From the IMG/VR virus record IMGVR_UViG_3300030202_002195, positions 1 to 61,231 of that record: DNA of 61,231 bases. One strand, given 5' to 3'. The notes beneath the pieces were generated by a model. That model was not told the DNA's origin. It ran no database searches and worked only from the letters and a program-made list of their open reading frames with translations. A program made the translations under genes and the position numbers. Origin of the DNA: a virus (lineage: Duplodnaviria > Caudoviricetes). Positions 24,758 through 35,408 of the stretch are shown here, one piece after another (the stretch's first letter is position 1; each line of letters begins with the position of its first letter).

Positions 24758-26203
24758 ATGCCAGTACAAGCAATTCCAGGGTTCCAATTACAGCCTTCAT
24801 CGGCTCAGGTCCCTACAGCAACAAACTACCTGACGACTTTCGATTTTTTGAGCCAGTATCTTCCTGATACTTACGAAAAAGAATTTGAGCGTTATGGTAA
24901 CAGATCAGTAGCGTCATTCTTACGAATGGTAGGCGCTGAAATGCCTTGTGTATCAGACATGATTAAGTGGGCTGAGCAAGGTCGTTTACACACAAAGTAC
25001 ACAGGGTGTACATCAGCGCAAGGTGCATTAGCAACTCAGGCTACTATCACTATCCCTGCAGCACAAATCCAAAACAACCCAACTGCGACACCTCCAGGTT
25101 CACAGATGCCAAACACTACAGCTGTTAGCGGTCCTGCGTTCAGAGTAGGTCAAACTATCATGTTATGTGATGAGACTGCTGGATCAGGATTAAGCAACAA
25201 AGCTGTTGTTACAGATGTTCCTACAGTTAACACAATCGTAGTAGATTACTACGAAGCAGGTGGTCAAGCATTTGGCGCAGGTGTTAACCTTACAATCTGG
25301 AACTACGGTTCTGAGTTCGCAAAAGGTTCTTCAACTGCAGGTGTTAATGGTTTAGAGCCAGCTGATTTAATCTTTGATAACAAGCCAATCATTATCCGTG
25401 ACACTTATGCTGTTTCTGGTTCTGACATGGCTCAAATCGGATGGATTGAAGTTTCAACTGAAAACGGTGAGTCAGGATACTTATGGTACCTAAAAGCTGA
25501 AGGTGAAACAAGAATGCGTTTCGAAGACCACTTAGAGACTGCTATGATTGAAGCTGTTCCTGCTGGTGCAGGTTCAGGTGCTCTTGCAGCAGGATTATCT
25601 GGTTCTGAAGGTATCTTCTATGTTGTTAACAACAGAGGAAACGTTTGGGGCGGTGGTAACCCAGTTGCCTTAGCAGGTTTCGACTCTATCATTCAGAGAC
25701 TTGACAAGCAAGGTTCTATTGAAGAGAATGTATTATTCGTTAACCGTCAGTTCTCTTTCGATATTGACGATATGTTGGCTGCTCAAAACTCTTACGGAGC
25801 TGGTGGTACTTCATACGGATTATTCGACAATGATGCTGATATGGCACTTAACTTAGGTTTCACAGGATTCCGTAGAGGTTATGACTTCTACAAGTCTGAC
25901 TGGAAATATCTAAACGATCCTACAATGAGAGGTGGTTTAGTTAACGGTGCTGTTAATGGTTTATTAGTTCCTGCAGGATCTACAACTGTATACGATCAAG
26001 TATTAGGAAAGAACGCTAAGCGTCCATTCTTACATGTTCGTTATAGAGCTTCAGAGACTGAGGACAGACGTTACAAGACTTGGGTTACTGGTTCTGCTGG
26101 TGGCGTAAGAACTAACGACATTGACGAAATGCGAGTGAACTTCTTGAGTGAAAGAGCTGTATGTACTTTAGGTGCAAACAACTTCTTCATCTTCAATGCA
26201 TAA
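24758..26203 (+). CDS. Major capsid protein
   Basis: 481 aa, position after scaffold, biased codons, strong terminator follows. Confidence 0.85.
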   Translation: MPVQAIPGFQLQPSSAQVPTATNYLTTFDFLSQYLPDTYEKEFERYGNRSVASFLRMVGAEMPCVSDMIKWAEQGRLHTKYTGCTSAQGALATQATITIPAAQIQNNPTATPPGSQMPNTTAVSGPAFRVGQTIMLCDETAGSGLSNKAVVTDVPTVNTIVVDYYEAGGQAFGAGVNLTIWNYGSEFAKGSSTAGVNGLEPADLIFDNKPIIIRDTYAVSGSDMAQIGWIEVSTENGESGYLWYLKAEGETRMRFEDHLETAMIEAVPAGAGSGALAAGLSGSEGIFYVVNNRGNVWGGGNPVALAGFDSIIQRLDKQGSIEENVLFVNRQFSFDIDDMLAAQNSYGAGGTSYGLFDNDADMALNLGFTGFRRGYDFYKSDWKYLNDPTMRGGLVNGAVNGLLVPAGSTTVYDQVLGKNAKRPFLHVRYRASETEDRRYKTWVTGSAGGVRTNDIDEMRVNFLSERAVCTLGANNFFIFNA

Positions 26204-26215
26204 GCATAGATAATT

Positions 26216-26247
26216 AGGGGGAGGATTAATCTCCTCCCCTTTTTTTT
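26216..26247 (+). terminator. Intrinsic terminator
   Basis: GGGGAGGA/TCCTCCCC stem + T8. Confidence 0.85.
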
Positions 26248-26270
26248 AACTTTAATTAAATTATAATAAA

Positions 26271-27011
26271 ATGAAAAACAAAAAAGTATTTGTAGACAAG
26301 ATCTACAAGTTGACACGAGATGTAGCACCTCTATCCTACATCCTACCTTCATCTCACAGTAGAAGATATCCATTAATGCATTTTGATAACGAGACAGGAG
26401 AGAATAGAACTCTTCGTTATGCTCGTAACCAAAAGTCTCCATTTGAGGATGAGCAAGACGGAAATGCTATATTAGAGCCAATTATATTTGAGGATGGATA
26501 TTTAACGGTATATAAAAACAATCAAGTATTACAACAATTCTTACATTATCATCCAGGTAATGGAAACACTTTCAAAGAGCTTGACAAAGCTAAAGAAGCT
26601 CAAGAGGATATTGATATAGTACAACAAGAGATTGATGCTTTAGTGGCTGCTAATGACATGTCTTTAGAAAGAAAGATTGCTGTAGCACGAGTGGTGTTTA
26701 ATAATGTAGACAAGATGAGCACTGCTGAAATAAAGAGAGATATTCTTATGTTCGCTAAAAATGAACCAGCAGAATTTTTAGAAGTTATAAATGATCCTGA
26801 CCTGGAGATTGATAGCAATATTGCTGAGTTCATTAGTAACAACTATTTAGAGTTGACTACGAAAAGTGTAACTCTAACAACTGGTAAGACTAAAAAGAAA
26901 TTATTATCTTTGCCTTTCGGAGAAGATCCGATGTACATCATCTCATCCTGGATGAAGAGTGATGAAGGATTACCAACATATAAGATGCTGCTTAAAAAAT
27001 TAAAGTCATAA
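26271..27011 (+). CDS. Hypothetical virion-module protein (246 aa)
   Basis: ORF after capsid gene. Confidence 0.75.
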   Translation: MKNKKVFVDKIYKLTRDVAPLSYILPSSHSRRYPLMHFDNETGENRTLRYARNQKSPFEDEQDGNAILEPIIFEDGYLTVYKNNQVLQQFLHYHPGNGNTFKELDKAKEAQEDIDIVQQEIDALVAANDMSLERKIAVARVVFNNVDKMSTAEIKRDILMFAKNEPAEFLEVINDPDLEIDSNIAEFISNNYLELTTKSVTLTTGKTKKKLLSLPFGEDPMYIISSWMKSDEGLPTYKMLLKKLKS

Positions 27012-27030
27012 TGTTTTAAGTTAACTAAAG

Positions 27031-27058
27031 AAACACTCAGAAATGGGTGTTTTTTTTT
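27031..27058 (+). terminator. Intrinsic terminator
   Basis: AAACACTCA-GAAA-TGGGTGTTT + T tract. Confidence 0.75.
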
Positions 27059-27102
27059 GTTTATCTTTGTGGTTTATTAACTCAATAATTATATTATTTA
27101 TT

Positions 27103-27405
27103 ATGGAAAAATTCTTAAGCGTTCCTGTCACAGGTGCTGGAACACAATTAATCCCATGTAGTAATGTAAAGTTTGTAGAGATTGGTGATGCTGGCGGTCC
27201 AGCTTCTAACCCAACTACAGCTACTACAATATACTACGGTGACGCACAAACACTTACATTAACCCATGCTGCTGTAGCTGCTAACTCTGTAGAGTTTAGA
27301 ACATTTATTCAAGACTCGTTAGCTAAAGTATTAAAGCTTGAGTGGACAGAGCCTTCTTTGGATATTGTTCCTGAGTTTGCTGTATCTGCAATAGCATACG
27401 CATAA
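27103..27405 (+). CDS. Small structural protein, paralog 1
   Basis: MEKFLSVPV...IQDS...EWTEP; TATCTTTG at 27062-27069; ATG 27103. Confidence 0.7.
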   Translation: MEKFLSVPVTGAGTQLIPCSNVKFVEIGDAGGPASNPTTATTIYYGDAQTLTLTHAAVAANSVEFRTFIQDSLAKVLKLEWTEPSLDIVPEFAVSAIAYA

Positions 27406-27426
27406 CCCTTAATCTTATTATTTATT

Positions 27427-27777
27427 ATGGAAAAGTTTTTATCAATACCAGTTTTAGATCCAGGTGCAGCTACTGATGCTGACACAAGTCTACAGTTGGT
27501 TTCAATTAGCGGAGGTTTGGTTTTGAATCAGGTTGACGCTGACACGTTAACAATAACTTATTCTCAAGGAAAAGTTGTTACATTAAATTATGATGCGGCT
27601 ATCGTAGGATCAGCTGCTCCAGTTCTTCTACTACATCTTCAAGATGCTATTGAGAAGGCGTTAATCTCAGGATGGTCAAACCCTGTTCATGAGTACATAC
27701 CATACGGATGTTTTATTACAAATGATGGTGCAACTCAAACATTTAATAACCCTATGACATCGATAACGATTGCATAA
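27427..27777 (+). CDS. Small structural protein, paralog 2
   Basis: MEKFLSIPV...LQDAI...GWSNP. Confidence 0.7.
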   Translation: MEKFLSIPVLDPGAATDADTSLQLVSISGGLVLNQVDADTLTITYSQGKVVTLNYDAAIVGSAAPVLLLHLQDAIEKALISGWSNPVHEYIPYGCFITNDGATQTFNNPMTSITIA

Positions 27778-27791
27778 ATATGTATATAAAA

Positions 27792-28625
27792 ATGGAAAAA
27801 TATTTAAAATTTGATGTTCTTAGGTTAGCTGCTTCAGGGACATCCACAGCTGATGGTAGCGCTGGTCTTACTTTAACAGACTCAGCTGCTACATTTTTAT
27901 CAAGCGTTTTAGCTAACGCTTTTGTTTATAACACTACAGATGGTGAGTTTTACTACGTTGCCTCTGTTGATTCAGACACTCAGTTAACTTTAGTTGCTAT
28001 GGGTGTAACTGCTACTCAAGGTGGCGGTATAGGTAATGCTAAGGCTTATCAAATCTACATGCCTTTCGACACTATTGTTGTAGGTGGTACTGCAGATGGA
28101 ACTACAGCAAATCAATTAGTAGATACTACTAAAAACTTTGTAGCTTCAGGAGTAAGAGAAGGTGATATTGTTAGAGATATAACAGGAGCTGCTGTTGCTA
28201 ATGTAACAGGTTTTGCTACTAACACAAACCCTAACGATTCATTAAAGGTTGATGCTGACATTTTTGTTGGTGGTGATGTTTATGTTGTATACAGAGCAGG
28301 TGCTGATGACTTTGAAATGATCATCCCTTCTGCTGGTGTAGCTAACGTAGTAAACAGTTCTGCAGACGCTTTAGAGTCTACATCTTTAGTTACTATGGGT
28401 GGAGCTACTGGAGAGGTTGTGTCAGTAAGATACATTCACACTGACACAGCTACAGGTGATGAAGCTGTTAGTCAAGGTATTAGTGATGCTATTGTAGGTT
28501 CTCTAAAAACAGAATGGACTGACTTAGATTACAAAGTACCAGGAATCGCAAACCCTTACGATGCTGCTACTAATCCAAGTGTATATGGAGGAAGAGACTT
28601 CTTCTACTTCTCTATCACTTCGTAA
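27792..28625 (+). CDS. Structural protein, paralog 3 with two inserted domains
   Basis: MEKYLKF...ISDAI...EWTD. Confidence 0.7.
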   Translation: MEKYLKFDVLRLAASGTSTADGSAGLTLTDSAATFLSSVLANAFVYNTTDGEFYYVASVDSDTQLTLVAMGVTATQGGGIGNAKAYQIYMPFDTIVVGGTADGTTANQLVDTTKNFVASGVREGDIVRDITGAAVANVTGFATNTNPNDSLKVDADIFVGGDVYVVYRAGADDFEMIIPSAGVANVVNSSADALESTSLVTMGGATGEVVSVRYIHTDTATGDEAVSQGISDAIVGSLKTEWTDLDYKVPGIANPYDAATNPSVYGGRDFFYFSITS

Positions 28626-28644
28626 GTATTTAAGTATATAATTA

Positions 28645-28680
28645 AGAGAGGTTCTAAAAAAATAGGACCTCTTTTTTTTT
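28645..28680 (+). terminator. Intrinsic terminator
   Basis: AGAGGTTCTA/TAGGACCTCT + T tract; TATCTTTG promoter follows at 28683-28690. Confidence 0.75.
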
Positions 28681-28695
28681 GCTATCTTTGTAATC

Positions 28696-29700
28696 ATGAT
28701 TAACTCGGTTAGAAACACAGTATTAGCTATAGCTAATAAAAATAATTACGGATACATATCTCCTCAAGATTTCAACCTCTACGCTAAGCAAGCTCAGATG
28801 GATATGTTTGAGGATTATTTCTATGCGTATAACAATTGGATAAATAGAGAAAACCAAAGAAGCTCTGGTAAAGGTTATGCTGATATAGTTAAAGGATTGG
28901 CTGAAGTAATAGAATCTTTTTCACAACAAGCATTTTTAACTCAATACAGCCCTATAACTTTTGGAGGTATTTCTACCAGTAATCAATTTGGTTTACCTAC
29001 TGACTATTATTTGATTGATAAAGTTTATTATTATCCGTCAAAGATTCTTATTGATACAGCTTCAGCTGTTGTGGGTAATCAGTTTGTAGCAACAAATCCT
29101 ATATTTGAAACAATACCAACAAGTCAAACTTTTCCACGAGTAAACAGCATTATTGTAAACACTACAACACTTGCTCAAGCAAGAGTTCTTCAGGTTTTAA
29201 ACGCCAACACTTTGGCTTTGTCAGCTGATATATTTACAACCGCTGGAGATAGAGCTGTGGTTTATAGTAATACAAACATTGTTGATGTAGAGAAGGTTAC
29301 TCAAAATAAAATATTTAACCTAACGAGCTCTAACTTAACAGCACCTTCAAAGCAGTACCCTGCTTATGTAAAGGGAGACTTCTCGAATGTTGGTCAAGAA
29401 GTTATAACTGTTTACCCAGAATCTATAGATCAATTTGGAGACATCCAGGTTAATTATATAAGATACCCAAAGGACCCTAAATGGACTTATGTCAATCTTG
29501 GTGGTGGTGGTACAGCCTTCCCAGAGGAGCCTTTGTACGATCCTACTCAGCCAGACTTTCAAGACTTTGAGTTGCCACCTTCGGATGAGCCAACTCTTAT
29601 AGCTAAGATATGTCAGTACATAGGAATAGAAATTAGAGAGCCAGATGTTTACAACTTTGGTAAAGCAGAAGAGTCGTTAGATACACAAGAAACAAGCTAA
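28696..29700 (+). CDS. Tail ring/adaptor protein
   Basis: NKNNYGYISP.DFN..A..AQ...YIRYP..P...DFELP; position. Confidence 0.65.
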   Translation: MINSVRNTVLAIANKNNYGYISPQDFNLYAKQAQMDMFEDYFYAYNNWINRENQRSSGKGYADIVKGLAEVIESFSQQAFLTQYSPITFGGISTSNQFGLPTDYYLIDKVYYYPSKILIDTASAVVGNQFVATNPIFETIPTSQTFPRVNSIIVNTTTLAQARVLQVLNANTLALSADIFTTAGDRAVVYSNTNIVDVEKVTQNKIFNLTSSNLTAPSKQYPAYVKGDFSNVGQEVITVYPESIDQFGDIQVNYIRYPKDPKWTYVNLGGGGTAFPEEPLYDPTQPDFQDFELPPSDEPTLIAKICQYIGIEIREPDVYNFGKAEESLDTQETS

Positions 29701-29701
29701 T

Positions 29702-30679
29702 ATGTCATATATAACAGATTATCAATATTACGAAAACGGAGGAGTAGCTCCTGAAGACCAAAACTGGGGTTCATATCAGTATGTTTCTTTAGAAGATATA
29801 GTCAATAATTTTATGTTGATTTACCAAGGAAACCATGAATTGATAAACAACATTAATAGGTATCAAGTTTTGTTTCACGCTAAGCGTGGTATACAAGAGT
29901 TGAACTACGATGCTATGAAGCAAATAAAAATATTAATGCTTCAAGTAGATGATCAGCTAAGATTTATTCTTCCTCAAGATTATATAAACTGGGTAAGAAT
30001 ATCTCAGTATACAGATGGACAGGTATTAATACCTCTTACTGAAAATATACAAACTAATTATAGTTCTGCATATCTGCAAGATAATCAATACAAAATACTT
30101 TTTGATATAGATGGAAATGTTTTAAAACCAAACAAATCTAAAATAGATATAGACAGAATAGCTGGAACAAAGCCAAGTATATATCTTAATCAAGGTAGTC
30201 CTTACAACGGACAGCTTGGTTATTGTGTTGATGGTTGCTGGTATTTTGATTTTGGTATTGGAGCAAGATATGGTTTAAATACAGAAACAGCCAATCAAAA
30301 CCCTACATTTAGCATTGATAGAATGGGTGGAGTTATAAACTTTAGTTCTGGACTTGAAGGAAAGTTTGTAGTTTTAGAATATGTGTCTGATGGTATGGCT
30401 GAGTATGAGCACGTTCCTGGTGTACCTGGAAGCGGAGAACCTCCTATACCTGATGTTAAACAAAGTAAAATAGGCGTACACAAAATGTTTGAAGAATATT
30501 TGTATGCTTATATAAAATACGCTATATTAAACACACGCTTTAATGTTCCTGAATATCAGGTTAATAGAGCGAGAAAAGATAAGTCATCTCTTTTGAGAAA
30601 TGCAAAACTAAGACTAAGCAATATACATCCAGGCAGACTCTTGATGAATTTGAGAGGGCAAAATAAATGGTTAAAGTAG
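29702..30679 (+). CDS. Second tail ring/adaptor protein
   Basis: INFSS...VVLEYVSDG...EEYLYAYI; position. Confidence 0.6.
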   Translation: MSYITDYQYYENGGVAPEDQNWGSYQYVSLEDIVNNFMLIYQGNHELINNINRYQVLFHAKRGIQELNYDAMKQIKILMLQVDDQLRFILPQDYINWVRISQYTDGQVLIPLTENIQTNYSSAYLQDNQYKILFDIDGNVLKPNKSKIDIDRIAGTKPSIYLNQGSPYNGQLGYCVDGCWYFDFGIGARYGLNTETANQNPTFSIDRMGGVINFSSGLEGKFVVLEYVSDGMAEYEHVPGVPGSGEPPIPDVKQSKIGVHKMFEEYLYAYIKYAILNTRFNVPEYQVNRARKDKSSLLRNAKLRLSNIHPGRLLMNLRGQNKWLK

Positions 30680-30680
30680 A

Positions 30681-33600
30681 ATGAGTCAAAATTTAAGAAC
30701 AACTTTTGTAGGAGGTAAAATGAACAAGAGCGTTGATGAACGACTCTTACCCCCTGGTGAATATGTTGACGCAAGGAATGTTAGGCTTGGATCAACAGAG
30801 CAATCCGAAATAGGAGCTGTAGAAAACTCAAAGGGGAATGTTCAAATATCTTTCCTTTCATACGCAGGTGAAAATCTTAGTCCTTCCGCTCTCTGTATTG
30901 GAGCTTATGAGGATGGTATAAATGAAACTATATACTGGTTTGTTCACGACCAAAACCATCCTTCAGGAAAGGTTGATATGATTGTTTCTTTAAATATGAG
31001 AACAAACATTCTAACCTATCATGTCGTTTCTATAAGTGTTCTTAATTTTGATCCTAAGTTTTTAATAACTGGAGTTGATAAAATTGATAATCTATTATTT
31101 TTTACAGACGATAAGAATCCGCCCAGAAGAATTAATGTAACAAAAAATTATGACGATCCTGCTGGTGGAGTAGATGGTATAGAGCCAGAAGATATTAATG
31201 TAATAAAGAAGCCCCCTGGATTCGAGGATTCAGTTGCTGGATACATTCCTTTAGCTGTTCCACAAGTTTCACTTCAAATTTTACCAGGCGATGAGAATTA
31301 TATTACAGATAGGTTTTTGTCTTTTGGATATAGGTATAGATATGAGGATGGTGAATACAGCGCCACCTCTTTATTTAGTCAACCAGCTTTTCAGCCCAGT
31401 GCATTTAGGATAAATTTAGATAATTACACTAATGCTGGTATGATTAACAGATTTAATTCTGCTATTATTAGTTTTTCCACTGGTTCTAAAAGAGTAGTTC
31501 AGGTAGACTTGTTATATAAAGAATCAGTTTCTAATGAAATATATGTAATAGAGAGATTTAAAAAAGCTGACTACGGTTGGAGTGATAATGAAACACAAAG
31601 CTTTACTTTTAAGAACTCTAAAATATACACTTTATTAGGTTCGGACGAATTGTTGAGATTGTACGATAATGTTCCTCATAAAGCAAAAGCTCAAACCATA
31701 CAAGGTAATAGATTGATGTATGGAAACTATGTGGATCAGTTTGACATAGACAGTTCTCCAGGTGTTCCTATACAGATAAGCTATCAGACTGAGCCTGTTA
31801 CTCAAACAATTGGTGGTGTAGGGCTTCCTACTCCTACTTCAGCTTCTGCTACATACGACATAAACCCTGCTGGAGCTCAAACAAATATAGAGGGAGCTGT
31901 GGTTTTTGACTTAACTGATGTACCAACTCCTATAACTCAAGGGACAACTTTCACCTTTAGTATTGAAGTGGTTTCTTCTGTAAATGTTGGAATAGAAACT
32001 TCAGGAACAAATGTCGATGCTTCTTATCAACAAAACGGAGGGCAGGCTTATGATATTTCATGGATATTTACTGCGAGTCAAGATTACTCTTCGGTAGAAA
32101 ATATGTTAAATAGCTCTGAGTTTTCTGAAATTATAGGTACTACTGCAGCTGGAAACTTTCAACCTGTAGCGACAGCGAGTAATGGAGTAACTCTTACGGA
32201 TAGATTCAACGCAACTATAAGCCCAACAATCCCAAACACAATCCCTGATTTAGAATTTATAAATTCGGGAATCTCTGGGAACTGTGGTAGCCCCACAGTT
32301 ATTGGAAACTGTGTTCAACAAGGCTTTGGTTTAGTGGTTAACGGTCCAACTTTTCAGCTTACAATACCTGCTGTTCAATACTCTGATGTTGCTGGAGGAG
32401 GTAATTCCGATCAGTGGGAATACTTTGACATAAATGCTTTTGGGTGTACTGTGGGGTATTTAAAGTCTTCAAACACATTAAGCCTTCATAGTAATAGAAA
32501 CTATGAGGTAGGCGTGGTTTATATGGATGAATATGGCAGGGCATCTACTGTTCAGGTTTCTGACGATAACACTGTGTTTTTTGATTCAAGCACAGCTGTT
32601 TCAAAAAATAATATAAAAGTAACACTGAATAACCCCCCTCCTTATTGGGCTAAAAAATACAAGTTTGTTGTAAAGCCAAGTGAGGGCACATACAACACTG
32701 TTATAGTTAATACTTTTTATTTTGACGATAATGATCCTCAAATTTATTATTTTAAATTAGAAGGTTTATCTACTTCATTTGTAAAGGCTGGAGATGTTTT
32801 GATAGTAAAGTCAGACACTCAAGGACCTGTAAACACAGAAATAAAAGCAACAGTATTAGAAGTGAAGGCTTTTGCAGCAGCCACCATACCAGGAAATACA
32901 GGGGCAAATGGTAATTTACCAGGCCTCTACATGCTTATAAAGCCAGGTGGTTTTAGTGTAGCTGAAATACCAAATGCAAATATTAGTTACGGAAACAAGA
33001 CTGACGAAGGAGATACTTGTAGTAACACTCGTTTAAATTACTCTCTTGCTTTACCAGGAGGTGCACCTTATGTGGATTACGATTTACCAGCTGGTAGTAA
33101 TGTTAGAGTTAGAATATACAACTGGAGGGGAGAGTCTGGAAGTAATTGTACACGTAAAAAATATTTGTTTGACGAGACATTTACCGTTACTCAAGATTAC
33201 CCTAATTTTTATGAGTGGCTTGTAGGTGATAGTATAAACTTAACAACGGGTACAGCTCAGGCTACCAGTGCATATCAAGATTTTTCTCAGATTTATACTG
33301 ATTTTAATGCTATTGGTTCTACCTGCTTTCAAACAAGACTTCATGTTTGGAGGAATGCAGCAAACCATTTGTTTTTACATAACAACGCAGGAATAAAACA
33401 GTGTTCAAACTTTTGGGGAGACACCAGACCAGGTCACGCTGAAACAAGAATAGAGGTCACCAGAAGGGGAGGTCTTTTAGTTTTTGAAACTGAACCTGCT
33501 GATGCAGATCCAAACTTTTTTTATGACGCTCCAGAAGCGTATGAAATTGTTGGGGGTAATCATCAAGGCGGAACAGCTGATGGAGATCAAGATCAAGATT

Positions 33601-35405
33601 TATCAGCTGGAACTCCATTAAAAGTTACAATAGCCAATGCTAATTCCTTTACTTTTAGCAATGGGGTTGAGAGTTACAAAATAGAAGACTTATGGACAGG
33701 AAAATCATTTGGTCTTGGTGAAAGGGTTTTAGCTGTATCTAATCAAGACTTCTCTGAGGCTGATAGATTTGCATCTATGACATACAGTGGAGTTATACAA
33801 CCTGGAGCAAATGTAAATAATCTAAACGAGTTTAACCTTGGTCTTGTAAACTTTAAAGACTTAGAGTCTTCGTTTGGCCCAATCATGAAACTATACTCTC
33901 GTGAAACAGATATACTTGTTTTGCAAGAAGATAGAATATCTTATGTTCTTTCTGGTAAAAATGTTATAACAGATTCTACAGGTGGTGGAGCTATCGCTTC
34001 TGTTCCTGAAGTATTAGGAACTCAAGTAGCACGAATAGAGGAATATGGTATAAGCTTTAACCCTGAGAGTTTTGTTTCTTGGGGTAGCTCAATGTTTTTT
34101 ACAGATGTTAAAAGAGGGGCTGTACTTCAGCTTCAAGGAGCGAGTGCTAATAGCGACCAGCTTCAAGTTATATCAGAGTATGGTATGAGGTCTTGGTTTA
34201 GGGATCAGTTCTTAGACCAATTAGAAACTCAAAAGCTTGGAGGCTACGACCCTTATATGAATGAATATGTTTTATGTACAAACAATAGAGAGAACATATC
34301 TTCTACAGTGTTTTATGATTGTGGAACTACTATTGAGCAATTTGATGCTACTGGAATTTTAAGTTACGATATTGATTTTGGTAATGGATTAGGAGATATA
34401 TTGTTGAATTATACAGTTACAAGTGGAACGGTGGATATTTCTTTTACTTGGAATGGAAATACAGAAACATTTAGCACAACTGCTGTAAATAGCACAGGAG
34501 TTCTTACCATAGATAAAAACTTACCAGCTCCAACTACAGCAACTGTAACTATAACACCAACAAGCGAGACAGCTACTTATGAGATTCAAGGAGGCTGCCC
34601 TCCTTCTAATGAAATAACGGTTATTAAAGTCGTGGTAAATGGAACGGATACAGCAGGTCAATTTACTACCTTTGGTTATAGCTGGACTAACGGTACTTAC
34701 AACAGTCCTTTGTTTAGTCAACAAACAGAGCTTGATTTAGTTAACCCATCCGCTTATAATTCGGCTACAGGGGAAGCTGGATTTGGCGTATTCCCTTATG
34801 ATGGTGTTGATTTAACTATGTCTATTACACAGACAGGTACAGATAATTTTGTTTTTAATCCAGGCACTAATTCTTTTAAGTATTACACAAGTAATACTCT
34901 TTACACAGATTCTATTGCAGATATAAACACTTTATTATCTTTATCTACAACAGCACCTCAACCTTATAATAATCCAAGCGGAGACAACTATAATGTAAGT
35001 ATAAGTCCTTTTGATATTCCATCGACAGACAATTACATTTACCTTATCTACGACTTAAGAAGTGTAGTTGAAAACACTTTGTGTTATTCTACTGATATAA
35101 ACGAGGCTTGTTGTGCATGTGTAGTAGATTGCAATACAGCTTACTTTGGTCCTCAAGAATCTACTATAGTTGATGTTTGTAATACCAACACCAATACTTC
35201 AGGATCTGCTCAAAACTCATTCTATGGGTCTGGTAATATACCTATATTAGGAGACTCTTGTTTCCTTGGAACAGAATGCAACGTATCTACTCCTTTATTA
35301 CCTGGATACTATATCGTTGACACAGCTTCTCCAGCAGTATCCAACCCTAAAAATTGGATAGAAGTAGATCAATATGGAATTGTAATTAACACAGGAACTT
35401 GTTAA
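30681..35405 (+). CDS. Tail nozzle/stabilisation protein, N-terminal part plus extra domains
   Basis: F..GKMNK..DERL.P.GEY..A.N, LFFTD..NPPR.IN, EYGIS.NPES, GGYDP. Confidence 0.75.
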   Translation: MSQNLRTTFVGGKMNKSVDERLLPPGEYVDARNVRLGSTEQSEIGAVENSKGNVQISFLSYAGENLSPSALCIGAYEDGINETIYWFVHDQNHPSGKVDMIVSLNMRTNILTYHVVSISVLNFDPKFLITGVDKIDNLLFFTDDKNPPRRINVTKNYDDPAGGVDGIEPEDINVIKKPPGFEDSVAGYIPLAVPQVSLQILPGDENYITDRFLSFGYRYRYEDGEYSATSLFSQPAFQPSAFRINLDNYTNAGMINRFNSAIISFSTGSKRVVQVDLLYKESVSNEIYVIERFKKADYGWSDNETQSFTFKNSKIYTLLGSDELLRLYDNVPHKAKAQTIQGNRLMYGNYVDQFDIDSSPGVPIQISYQTEPVTQTIGGVGLPTPTSASATYDINPAGAQTNIEGAVVFDLTDVPTPITQGTTFTFSIEVVSSVNVGIETSGTNVDASYQQNGGQAYDISWIFTASQDYSSVENMLNSSEFSEIIGTTAAGNFQPVATASNGVTLTDRFNATISPTIPNTIPDLEFINSGISGNCGSPTVIGNCVQQGFGLVVNGPTFQLTIPAVQYSDVAGGGNSDQWEYFDINAFGCTVGYLKSSNTLSLHSNRNYEVGVVYMDEYGRASTVQVSDDNTVFFDSSTAVSKNNIKVTLNNPPPYWAKKYKFVVKPSEGTYNTVIVNTFYFDDNDPQIYYFKLEGLSTSFVKAGDVLIVKSDTQGPVNTEIKATVLEVKAFAAATIPGNTGANGNLPGLYMLIKPGGFSVAEIPNANISYGNKTDEGDTCSNTRLNYSLALPGGAPYVDYDLPAGSNVRVRIYNWRGESGSNCTRKKYLFDETFTVTQDYPNFYEWLVGDSINLTTGTAQATSAYQDFSQIYTDFNAIGSTCFQTRLHVWRNAANHLFLHNNAGIKQCSNFWGDTRPGHAETRIEVTRRGGLLVFETEPADADPNFFYDAPEAYEIVGGNHQGGTADGDQDQDLSAGTPLKVTIANANSFTFSNGVESYKIEDLWTGKSFGLGERVLAVSNQDFSEADRFASMTYSGVIQPGANVNNLNEFNLGLVNFKDLESSFGPIMKLYSRETDILVLQEDRISYVLSGKNVITDSTGGGAIASVPEVLGTQVARIEEYGISFNPESFVSWGSSMFFTDVKRGAVLQLQGASANSDQLQVISEYGMRSWFRDQFLDQLETQKLGGYDPYMNEYVLCTNNRENISSTVFYDCGTTIEQFDATGILSYDIDFGNGLGDILLNYTVTSGTVDISFTWNGNTETFSTTAVNSTGVLTIDKNLPAPTTATVTITPTSETATYEIQGGCPPSNEITVIKVVVNGTDTAGQFTTFGYSWTNGTYNSPLFSQQTELDLVNPSAYNSATGEAGFGVFPYDGVDLTMSITQTGTDNFVFNPGTNSFKYYTSNTLYTDSIADINTLLSLSTTAPQPYNNPSGDNYNVSISPFDIPSTDNYIYLIYDLRSVVENTLCYSTDINEACCACVVDCNTAYFGPQESTIVDVCNTNTNTSGSAQNSFYGSGNIPILGDSCFLGTECNVSTPLLPGYYIVDTASPAVSNPKNWIEVDQYGIVINTGTC

Positions 35406-35408
35406 AAT

